Part shown: piece after piece, positions 50,753 to 59,169 of the stretch
How positions within the stretch are numbered: position 1 is the first letter of the stretch
Layout of the letters: each line of letters begins with the position of its first letter
Assembly (NCBI GenBank): GCA_963676455.1
Contig: OY781113.1
Location: 571,136 to 635,135 of the forward strand
Origin: an uncultured Draconibacterium sp.
Lineage (GTDB): Bacteria > Bacteroidota > Bacteroidia > Bacteroidales > Prolixibacteraceae
DNA: 64,000 nucleotides
Reading direction: 5' to 3'
Notes under the pieces: model-generated
What the model saw: only the letters and a program-made list of their open reading frames with translations
The model's database searches: none
Told to the model about the DNA's origin: nothing
Made by a program: the position numbers and the translations under genes

Positions 50753-53700
50753 ATGAAGGAACTATTTACATCGATTTTATTGTTAATTGGGCTAACAACT
50801 TTTGCCCAAACACCAACCTCGTTTAACTACCAGGCCGTGTTGCGCGATTCTTCCGGTGGAATTCTTGTCAACCAGCAAGTTGAAATCGGCGTTGCCTTGT
50901 TACAAGGCAGTGTTACCGGAACGGAAATATTTACCGAAACGCATTCGGTAACCACCAACAACTTTGGGCTGGCAAACCTGCAAATTGGTTCGGTAAACAC
51001 GGCCGATATGGAAAACATCGACTGGAGTGCCGGACCGTATTTTATTCAAATCTCGGTTGATGGAACCATAATGGGCACCAGTCAGCTGTTGAGTGTGCCT
51101 TATGCTTTACATGCCGTAACCGTGGAAAACGATAAAGTAGAAGATGCCGATGCCGACGCAAGCAACGAGTTACAAATTCTTTCCATAAGTAACGACACGA
51201 TTTACCTCAGCAACGGTGGAAAAGTAAAACTCCCGGCAGAAACCGACCCTACATTTGCAAGCAGCCAGGCAGTAAACATAACAGCAACCGACATTACAAA
51301 TTTAAGCAACTTAGCGGGCACCAACACAGGCGACCAGGATTTAAGCGCATTGGCAAGCAAAATCGCTTTGGGCGACTCCACAGCACAGGTACGTAGCGAA
51401 ATACCCGATGTAAGCGGTTTTTTAACTTCAGAAACCGACCCAATATATACAAGCAGCGAAGCAGCTAATATTTCAGCAACCGACATCACCCATTTGGGTA
51501 ATCTATCAGGCACCAACACAGGCGACCAGGATATTAGTGGTATTACTACAAATGCAACAGCAATAACAGCAATTGAAACAGAGCAAACAACACAAAACGA
51601 TGCTATTGCTCTCAATACTGCAAAAACAGGAATTACCACAGCACAAGCCAATGCAATTGTAGCCAATACAGGCAAAGACACAACAGGCATTTATCATGCA
51701 AACCGCACTGCATTAGATGCAGTAACAGGCACCAACACAGGCGACCAGGATTTAAGCGCATTGGCAAGCAAAATCGCTTTGGGCGACTCCACAGCACAGG
51801 TACGTAGCGAAATACCCGATGTAAGCGGTTTTTTAACTTCAGAAACCGACCCAATATATACAAGCAGCGAAGCAGCTAATATTTCAGCAACCGACATCAC
51901 CCATTTGGGTAATCTATCAGGCACCAACACAGGCGACCAGGATATTAGTGGTATTACTACAAATGCAACAGCAATAACAGCAATTGAAACAGAGCAAACA
52001 ACACAAAACGATGCTATTGCTCTCAATACTGCAAAAACAGGAATTACCACAGCACAAGCCAATGCAATTGTAGCCAATACAGGCAAAGACACCACAGGCA
52101 TTTATCATGCAAACCGCACTGCCTTAGATGCTGTTACTGGTGTAAACACGGGCGACCAGGATTTAAGTGCCTTGGCTACCAAAACCGCCTTACGCGATTC
52201 CACAGCACAGGTTCGCAGTGAAATACCCGATGTAAGCAGTATTGCCGATAACCGACAGGCAATAATCGACACTGCGGCAACTATCCGTTCCGATATGCTT
52301 ACAACTGAATTCGACCCGGTTTTTGCTGCTTCCATAGCTGCGGCGATTACTTCAACAGATACCGCCAACTGGAACCGGGACACTTCTGCAACCAACGAAA
52401 TAGAATTGCCCTCACAAACCGGCAATGCAGGAAAATACTTAACTACCGATGGAAGCAATACAAGCTGGGAGGCAATTAGTACAGCACACAATGCACTTAC
52501 CTTAGGCTCCGCAAACGGTCTATCCTTAAGTGGTCAAACGTTAAGTTTAGCACAAGCTTCAACTTCAAGTGCCGGGGCATTGTCGTCATCCGATAAAACG
52601 AAATTGAATAAAATAACATCTTATGGCACTACTGCCAGCGGAGGTTATTCAACTGCAATGGGCAATTTTATTAAAGTATCGGGCTATAATTCTTTTGGTA
52701 TCGGATTAGATGATACTGAAAGAACATTATCAAAAGATAGAACAATGGCAATTATGGGTGGCAACATTGGTATTGGAACTACAAGCCCTTCAAAAAAACT
52801 GCATGTTTATCAGGATGATGAAGGACAGCCTTTACTATTGGAAACAAATGGAGATTATGCCGGATTTGCATTAAAGAACAAAACCAAACAATGGGTGCTT
52901 AATAATTCAACCAAAGGTTTTGGAATTTGGGACGATGCTGCCAGTGCTTATCGAATGCTTATTGATGATGATGGCAACATTGGTATTGGAACTACAAGCC
53001 CTTCAAAAAAACTGCATGTTTATCAGGATGATGAAGGACAGCCTTTACTATTGGAAACAAATGGAGATTATGCCGGATTTGCATTAAAGAACAAAACCAA
53101 ACAATGGGTGCTTAATAATTCAACCAAAGGTTTTGGAATTTGGGACGATGCTGCCAGTGCTTATCGAATGCTTATTGATGATGATGGCAACGTTGGTATT
53201 GGTACTACTTCTCCCGATTATCCCCTGGAAGTATCAGGATCTGGTTGGTATCGCGAAAACCAAACCATTGCCTTTCTTGAACTTCCCAGCAGCATTTTAA
53301 AACCATATTATGGCCAAACAACCACTACGGCTTGGGATTATTCAATTGTTGCATCATCATATATTAAAGCAGAAGGACTCCATGTGTTTTCCGATAGAAG
53401 AATAAAAACCAATATTCAACCAAACAGTTGCAAAACAGACCTCGACTTGGTGAATAAAATGGAAGTGGTCAATTACCAATATATCGATAAAGTAGAAAAG
53501 GGAAACATTACCAAAAAAGGGTTTATTGCCCAGCAAATAGAAGAAGTATTACCCGATGCAGTGGGTAAGAGCAAAGCATTTATCCCCGATATTTATAAAA
53601 AAGCTAGCCGTGTTGTGGCCGATTCAACCACCAATACATTAACCATAAGTACACCTGTAGCCCACAATTTAAAAGAAGGCAATTTGCTGCGTTTTATTAC

Positions 53701-54079
53701 ACTCGGAGGAACACACGAAGAAGAAGTGCTTTCGGTACTTTCCGACAGTACGTTTATCGTTAGCTTGGTAGAAGGCGATTGTTCCCAGGTTTTCGTTTAC
53801 GGCAAAAAAATAGATGATTTCCGCGCCATCGATTACGACCAGGTTTTTTCGGCAGGCATTGGCGCCATACAGGAGCTCAGCCGACAAAACGACGAACTAA
53901 AACAAACCATCGAAAACCTGCAAAACGCAAATACAGCTTTAAAGGCAGAGAAAGACATTGATGTTGAAAAATTACAAGCTGAGAATTCTGAAATAAAACA
54001 ACGCCTCGAAACGCTGGAAGCGTTGATGAAAAATACGCTAAATACAATTACCGAAGAAAAAGCGGCCGTCCAAAAATAA
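50753..54079 (+). CDS. Secreted phage-tail-fibre-like protein with peptidase S74 intramolecular chaperone and C-terminal coiled coil
   Basis: Signal peptide + QTPTSFNYQAVLR..LLSVPYALHA N-domain; ETDP and GTNTGDQD repeats; GNIGIGTTSP repeats; FSDRRIKTNI..GFIAQ..IDYD (S74); coiled-coil tail. Confidence 0.85.
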   Translation: MKELFTSILLLIGLTTFAQTPTSFNYQAVLRDSSGGILVNQQVEIGVALLQGSVTGTEIFTETHSVTTNNFGLANLQIGSVNTADMENIDWSAGPYFIQISVDGTIMGTSQLLSVPYALHAVTVENDKVEDADADASNELQILSISNDTIYLSNGGKVKLPAETDPTFASSQAVNITATDITNLSNLAGTNTGDQDLSALASKIALGDSTAQVRSEIPDVSGFLTSETDPIYTSSEAANISATDITHLGNLSGTNTGDQDISGITTNATAITAIETEQTTQNDAIALNTAKTGITTAQANAIVANTGKDTTGIYHANRTALDAVTGTNTGDQDLSALASKIALGDSTAQVRSEIPDVSGFLTSETDPIYTSSEAANISATDITHLGNLSGTNTGDQDISGITTNATAITAIETEQTTQNDAIALNTAKTGITTAQANAIVANTGKDTTGIYHANRTALDAVTGVNTGDQDLSALATKTALRDSTAQVRSEIPDVSSIADNRQAIIDTAATIRSDMLTTEFDPVFAASIAAAITSTDTANWNRDTSATNEIELPSQTGNAGKYLTTDGSNTSWEAISTAHNALTLGSANGLSLSGQTLSLAQASTSSAGALSSSDKTKLNKITSYGTTASGGYSTAMGNFIKVSGYNSFGIGLDDTERTLSKDRTMAIMGGNIGIGTTSPSKKLHVYQDDEGQPLLLETNGDYAGFALKNKTKQWVLNNSTKGFGIWDDAASAYRMLIDDDGNIGIGTTSPSKKLHVYQDDEGQPLLLETNGDYAGFALKNKTKQWVLNNSTKGFGIWDDAASAYRMLIDDDGNVGIGTTSPDYPLEVSGSGWYRENQTIAFLELPSSILKPYYGQTTTTAWDYSIVASSYIKAEGLHVFSDRRIKTNIQPNSCKTDLDLVNKMEVVNYQYIDKVEKGNITKKGFIAQQIEEVLPDAVGKSKAFIPDIYKKASRVVADSTTNTLTISTPVAHNLKEGNLLRFITLGGTHEEEVLSVLSDSTFIVSLVEGDCSQVFVYGKKIDDFRAIDYDQVFSAGIGAIQELSRQNDELKQTIENLQNANTALKAEKDIDVEKLQAENSEIKQRLETLEALMKNTLNTITEEKAAVQK
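51317..52138 (+). repeat. Two tandem 411-bp (137-aa) near-identical repeats plus a partial third
   Basis: GGCACCAACACAGGCGACCAGGATTTAAG at 51317 and 51728; a diverged start at 52139. Confidence 0.92.
52760..53185 (+). repeat. Two tandem 213-bp (71-aa) identical repeats
   Basis: GGCAACATTGGTATTGGAACTACAAGCC at 52760 and 52973; the next GGCAAC falls at 53186. Confidence 0.92.
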
Positions 54080-54120
54080 CAGTTCCGGGATACCGGAACT
54101 TATCTGGGATAATTAATAAC

Positions 54121-54163
54121 AAAAAAGACGCTAAAAGTCAATTCTTGATTAGCGTCTTTTTTT
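54121..54163 (+). terminator. Intrinsic terminator (preceded by a second hairpin AGTTCCGG-GATA-CCGGAACT at 54081-54100)
   Basis: AAAAAAGACGCTA...TAGCGTCTTTTTTT. Confidence 0.85.
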
Positions 54164-54191
54164 GTGAACCCTACGGTACAGAATTCGAACC
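54164..54191 (-). other. tRNA-3'-end-like relic (possible att-site remnant) no. 2
   Basis: GTGAACCC-N13-TCGAACC; its reverse complement reads GGTTCGAATTC...GGGTTCAC. Confidence 0.35.
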
Positions 54192-54489
54192 GGCTTTTTG
54201 AGGATCTGAGGCTTCTAATTGAGATATTGTCGTTGGAACGATGAAGAATAAAATTAACAGCATTTATCCGCCTGGGGTTCACGTTAAAAAAACAACCTCG
54301 ATTATTTCTAATTCTCTGGTAAATATCGAGTAACCCTGATCGAAATTGCACAAAAAACAGTAGCAAAAACTATCTGTCACTGACGATTCAGTAAAACTGT
54401 CTCTATTCTCAAGTTACCCTGTTGCCCCTTAATAAAACAGACAAAATTTAAGGTTGTAATTATTTATTGTTTTTTACTTATGGATTAAA

Positions 54490-55042
54490 GAATCCACCCT
54501 CAAAGAAAGTGGACTTATAAGAAGGCCCCGATAATTGGCCAAAGTTGAGCCGCTGTTACTCTTCGAGACGTTCTTGTTTTTCTTGATATTTCATGTATTT
54601 CTTGATCTTGTCTTCGTCAAGACCAATTGTGTCAACACGATATCCTTTGGACCAAAAATGATTGCCCCAATATGGTTTTGTTCGCAATTGAGGATAACTT
54701 TTGAAAATCTTAATGGCTGTTTTGCCTTTCAAGATTCCCATTAGTTGCGATATTGAGATCTTCGGTGGAACACTGACAATCAGATGTACATGATCTTTTT
54801 TAATATTTATCTCGATCATTTCACAGGATTTCCATTCCAATAACATCGGGATATCATGACCAAGAAGCTCTTTGACAAGGCCTTCAAGAATACGAAATCG
54901 ATACTTCGGTGTCCATACAATGTGGTATGTACACCTATAAATTACATGATTTAATTTCTTAAAATTGCACATGTAACGAAGTTAAATAATTTTCAGGCTT
55001 AGCCAATTAAACATGACCACTCCCCAAGGAGGTGGTTTTAAC
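54490..55042 (-). mobile_element. IS200-type element (tnpA only)
   Basis: Subterminal hairpins TCCAC..GTGGA (54493-54513) and ACCACTCC-CCAA-GGAGGTGGT (55016-55036) flank tnpA. Exact ends are approximate. Confidence 0.8.
54556..54972 (-). CDS. tnpA: IS200/IS605 Y1 (HUH) transposase
   Basis: YHIVWTPKYR, DHVHLIV (HUH), HFWSKGY and KYMKYQ (catalytic Tyr). Confidence 0.95.
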   Translation of the reverse strand: MCNFKKLNHVIYRCTYHIVWTPKYRFRILEGLVKELLGHDIPMLLEWKSCEMIEINIKKDHVHLIVSVPPKISISQLMGILKGKTAIKIFKSYPQLRTKPYWGNHFWSKGYRVDTIGLDEDKIKKYMKYQEKQERLEE

Positions 55043-55180
55043 GATTATAATAAAACACTTTTTGTAAAAAAACGGGTATAAAAAATACGTTAATATAGTA
55101 TGCGGCACAATCGATGAATCTAAATTAATTAAAAGATATTTTATTGGTCTTAAGTTAAAATGTTTTTTTAATTTGCACCA

Positions 55181-56077
55181 ATGTTTATTATGAAAAAAAC
55201 AGAAAGACATAAAATTTTATTGGCCGACGACGAACCGCAAAATTTAAAGTCTCTCTTTGAGGCGCTGACATCCGAAAACTATCAGATTTACACAGCCCCT
55301 AACGGCGCAGTTGCTTTTGAACAGGCATTAAAATACCTCCCCAAGGCTATTATTATGGACTGGGACATGCCCGGAACAAGTGGTATTGAAGCGGTTAGGT
55401 GGATCAGGGAACAGCCTCAGACAAAAAACATCCCCATTATAATGGCCACCGGAAAAATGACTTCAGTTGAAAACCTGAAAGCTGCTCTTGATGCCGGTGC
55501 CAGCGATTATATCCGGAAACCTTTCGACACGGTTGAAATTATTGCCCGCGTAAAATCGATGATCAGGTTCTATCTGGAATACCAGAAAAACATTGAACTT
55601 CAGCAACAGGTTGCCGAGCGAGAAATTGCCAACCTGAAGTATGAACTCGAAATAAATACTTCGGCACTAACAGTTGCAAAGCTGAGATTGATAGAAAGCG
55701 GACAAAATACATCACAACTTATCAGCGATTTGGAAAAACTCAGAAATTGTGACTCAGAAACGGGAGAAGCAATAATTACAAAAATTATCTCTTATTGCAG
55801 AGCCAACAATCTTAAGGTAAACTGGATGGAATTTGAAACCCTCTTTCAAAAGGTACACCCATCTTTTTATAACCGGCTTCAGAAGATATTTCCCGGATTA
55901 ACAAAAAACGAAAGAAAAATCTGTGCCCTGATTAAACTAAACCTGGCTACAAAGGAAATTTCAGCCATAATGAACAGGGAAAGTAATGCAGTAAAGAAGG
56001 CAAAGCATCGGCTGAAAGGTAAACTTGGGCTGAAGAATATGGATTCGTTGTACTGCTTTGTACAGGAAATCAATTAA
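55181..56077 (+). CDS. Response regulator: receiver + LuxR-like HTH (alternative start 55190)
   Basis: ILLADDEP, IIMDWDMPG, GASDYIRKPF; C-terminal FETLFQKVHPSF..LTKNERKICALIKLNLATKEIS. Confidence 0.92.
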   Translation: MFIMKKTERHKILLADDEPQNLKSLFEALTSENYQIYTAPNGAVAFEQALKYLPKAIIMDWDMPGTSGIEAVRWIREQPQTKNIPIIMATGKMTSVENLKAALDAGASDYIRKPFDTVEIIARVKSMIRFYLEYQKNIELQQQVAEREIANLKYELEINTSALTVAKLRLIESGQNTSQLISDLEKLRNCDSETGEAIITKIISYCRANNLKVNWMEFETLFQKVHPSFYNRLQKIFPGLTKNERKICALIKLNLATKEISAIMNRESNAVKKAKHRLKGKLGLKNMDSLYCFVQEIN

Positions 56078-56089
56078 ATCGTTTTTATA

Positions 56090-58561
56090 TTGAATAAATT
56101 TTTCTATATATTACTTGTTTGCATTGCCCTTGTTTTTACAATCCTGGGAAGCCGGGTGATTCCTGAAAAGTATTTTGAACCGTACAATCTTGAATTGGAT
56201 TCTATTTGGCACAAAGTGGAAACCGATCAGGAATATACTGTAGATGTGGATAACGATAACCAGCCCGAATCTTTCCTGCACCATAACATCAATAAATCGG
56301 GACACTCAATAGAATTCAGGCAAAACAGCATGCTTCGCGAGATTTATATTTTTAGGGAAAATGAGTTTTTCATCAGCCCCTTTCTATATTTTGCCGATAT
56401 AAACCAGGATCACAATCAGGAACTTATCTTCGTTTCGGCAGAAGGAAATACAACTTATTTAAATATTCTTGAATATAAACCCGGGGAACAACTGTTCAGC
56501 CCGATTGAAAAAGCGAAAATAGACACGTTCAGCTTTTTTAATAATACCCCCGACATTATAAATAATTGTTTGGTTGTATCCAAATCCTGCATTTATTTCG
56601 ATTTACATGCAGGCTATTCTGTTCAGCCACGTAACATTTACAAATACAATTTTTCAGATAAAAGCTTGTCCAAAACAAAACTGAACAGTTTGGTAAACAC
56701 AAAGCTGGAACCGATTCAGTTTAACGGATCGGAATTTTTGCTGGCCAAAGAAGTAAAAGCAACCGGAAATACCATTTCGCCAGAGGAAGCAGAAAGCCTG
56801 AAAAACTCTTCGAATAAAGATACGCTGGAAATTTACGAATCGGTAAAACATTTAGAGTACCAATATGGCGACTTTTCATCTTATATTTTGTTATACAATC
56901 AGAACCTCGGTTTTGCTTTTGAGCCAATTGAATTTTTTGGATGGACAAACTACACAAAAGCTGAGATTACCAAAATCGACAGTATTCCGCACATTGTTGC
57001 CATAACCAATACAGAAAAAGGCGATAAAAGCAACAAGCTTGTTACTGTTTGCAACCTGCAGGGAAAAATAGAAAAACAGGTTCCAATGCCATACGATTTT
57101 ACCGATGTTTTTACCTGGAACGGAAATATTATTTTTTACGGCAACAAAACTTTATACCTGTATTCCATGAATCTTGAACCGGTGAAGGAAATCAAAAATA
57201 TTTCAGTTGCCAGCGGTTTCTTTGACATTAACCACGACAGCAAAAAAGAATTTATTGCTTTTGATAATAACGAGATGGTTATATTTTCCGAAGGGTTCGG
57301 TCACAAAACCACATTTAAAATCGAACAGGAGTTTGCGCCTTTCCCCCAAAAAAACGGAATTTCACTTTTACAAAAAAACGGGAAGTCTTGTTTCGTTTTT
57401 AATACCCGCTTGTTTTATTATCTGTTCAGCTACAGCCAAAACCGATTTGCCTTTCTAAAATATCCTTTTTACTTTTTATTATTTGCTTTTTGGTTGGGGA
57501 CTATGTTTTTCATTGTAAAATTATATTCCAGACGGCTCGAAAAAGAAAATCAACGCTTGGAAGAAACTGTTGCCGAACGTACGCAGGAGCTTAAACAGAA
57601 AAACCTTGAACTTGCCTCGCAAAAAACAGAAATTCAGGCGCAGGCAAAAGAACTAAGCCTGCAAAACGCACATCTCGAAGAACTGGACAAATTTAAACGC
57701 ACACTTACCAGTACCCTGGTGCACGATTTAAAAAATCCCCTTGGCCAAATACTTTCTAAATCGCAGGATAAAACGGTAACCAATCTGGCTGGAAGAATGT
57801 TGCGGCTAATCACAAATTTGTTAGACGTAGAAAAATACGAACAAACTGATTTTCGGATAAACAAAGAGATGCACCCACTCAGGGTGATTCTTGATGACGT
57901 TGTGAGTAGCCAGGAGATCAGTCTGCGCGAAAAGAACCTCGAAGTCATAATAAATATTGACAATGTTTCGGTTTGGACAGATAAAGGGGTACTTGTCAGG
58001 GTATTCGAAAACCTGCTTTCCAATGCCATACGTTTTTCGCCTCAAAACCAAAATATCGAAATAGTTGCGTGTTGCAACAATAATGAAACCGTTGAAATCG
58101 GCATAAAAAACAATGGCGAAAATATTCCTGACGGGACATTAGAACACATTTTTGATAAATACATGCAGGTGCATAAAACCGGGTCTTCTAATAATAAAAA
58201 CACTGGTTTGGGGCTTACTTTTTGTAAAATGGCCATACAGGCACACGGACACACCATTGAAGCCAAAAATTTTGATGGCGGCGTAATGTTTACTTTTTGC
58301 TTAAATGGGCAGGTTATTTCAACTCAAAAAATATCGACTGCTGTAGCAAACCGTTTTGTCGTTTTATCGTTGCACGAAAAAGAAATGCTAAAACCCTGGT
58401 TCGACTGCTTAAAAACTTTCGATATTTACCAAGTCTCCGACATTTACGAAATCTTAAAGCAAATCCCCGACAGTTCCGAAAACATTATTACGCTTAAACA
58501 ACAAATTTCCGATGCCGTTTTTGCCTCTAATACTGACCTGTTTTCACGGCTTATTAATTGA
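56090..58561 (+). CDS. Membrane sensor histidine kinase with large extracytoplasmic (FG-GAP-like) domain
   Basis: Repeats DVDNDNQPES, DINQDHNQEL, DINHDSKKEF; TM segment; LVHDLKNPL (H-box), NLLSNA (N-box) and GLGLTFCK (G2). Confidence 0.92.
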   Translation: MNKFFYILLVCIALVFTILGSRVIPEKYFEPYNLELDSIWHKVETDQEYTVDVDNDNQPESFLHHNINKSGHSIEFRQNSMLREIYIFRENEFFISPFLYFADINQDHNQELIFVSAEGNTTYLNILEYKPGEQLFSPIEKAKIDTFSFFNNTPDIINNCLVVSKSCIYFDLHAGYSVQPRNIYKYNFSDKSLSKTKLNSLVNTKLEPIQFNGSEFLLAKEVKATGNTISPEEAESLKNSSNKDTLEIYESVKHLEYQYGDFSSYILLYNQNLGFAFEPIEFFGWTNYTKAEITKIDSIPHIVAITNTEKGDKSNKLVTVCNLQGKIEKQVPMPYDFTDVFTWNGNIIFYGNKTLYLYSMNLEPVKEIKNISVASGFFDINHDSKKEFIAFDNNEMVIFSEGFGHKTTFKIEQEFAPFPQKNGISLLQKNGKSCFVFNTRLFYYLFSYSQNRFAFLKYPFYFLLFAFWLGTMFFIVKLYSRRLEKENQRLEETVAERTQELKQKNLELASQKTEIQAQAKELSLQNAHLEELDKFKRTLTSTLVHDLKNPLGQILSKSQDKTVTNLAGRMLRLITNLLDVEKYEQTDFRINKEMHPLRVILDDVVSSQEISLREKNLEVIINIDNVSVWTDKGVLVRVFENLLSNAIRFSPQNQNIEIVACCNNNETVEIGIKNNGENIPDGTLEHIFDKYMQVHKTGSSNNKNTGLGLTFCKMAIQAHGHTIEAKNFDGGVMFTFCLNGQVISTQKISTAVANRFVVLSLHEKEMLKPWFDCLKTFDIYQVSDIYEILKQIPDSSENIITLKQQISDAVFASNTDLFSRLIN

Positions 58562-58635
58562 AGGGAAGGCTTAAACTATACCTTCCTTTTGCTGAAAGGA
58601 TTTGCAATCATATAGGTCCGGAAATATATAAAGAG

Positions 58636-58729
58636 GTTGTATTAATTAAACAGTAATACAACTGCACAAAATGTCTCCCTTTTGTCAACCCCTAATATTT
58701 GTAAAGCCTTATCCCTCCCTGTAGTTTTG
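58636..58729 (+). promoter_or_regulatory. Bacteroidota housekeeping-sigma promoter with upstream operator-like repeats
   Basis: TTTG (58698-58701)-N20-TAGTTTTG (58722-58729). TGTC direct repeat with 11-bp period (58672, 58683). Perfect inverted repeat GTTGTATTA-N9-TAATACAAC (58636-58662). Confidence 0.7.
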
Positions 58730-58746
58730 CATAAAACACAAAACAC

Positions 58747-59169
58747 ATGAGTAAATTTACCTTACTATCTATTCTTATTTTAAGCACTTGCCTGTCGCGG
58801 CAAACGTTTGGTTCTTCGAACGCAACAGTCCCAATTATTGTAACAGTCCCAGTTATTTACGTCGATTCTGCCGCTGTAGCTGGCGGCAACGGCACAAGTT
58901 GGGCAAAAGCCTACGCTTCGTTACAGGATGCCCTGGATAAAGCGACTTCAGGCGACACCATCTTTATTGCCAAAGGAACATATTATCCGTCGTCGGGCTA
59001 TGAGCTTTGCGACGATTCGGGCGATTCTACCCGTTATTATCATTTCGAGATGAAAGACAATGTGGCAATTTACGGTGGCTTAGTTGGTGGCACCGAAAAC
59101 ACACTCTGCCCAACTGCCATGCCCGACGATTTGAAATTATCCGGATTACATCTAAAAATGACATCATGA
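58747..59169 (+). pseudogene. Truncated N-terminus of a secreted right-handed beta-helix (pectin-lyase-like) protein
   Basis: Signal peptide + VIYVDSAA..GTSWAKAYASLQDAL..IAKGTYYP..IYGG, homologous to the module starting near 61055. Homology ends at GTE (~59097). Confidence 0.75.

Noticed and set aside
51202-52491. Repeated minus-strand ORFs opposite the fibre gene
   Set aside because: They simply mirror the 411-bp repeats of the plus-strand gene.
51317-53185. Duplicated segments in a fibre gene as diversity-generating retroelement TR/VR pairs
   Set aside because: The copies are tandem, in frame and essentially identical with no adenine-specific mismatches; no reverse transcriptase is in the window.
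39197-54191. Intact tRNA genes at 39197-39225 or 54164-54191
   Set aside because: Only a 3'-end-like fragment with wrong spacing is present; no D-arm or anticodon arm could be folded.
54100-54366. 88-aa minus-strand ORF
   Set aside because: It overlaps the terminator and the att-like relic and has no recognisable motif.
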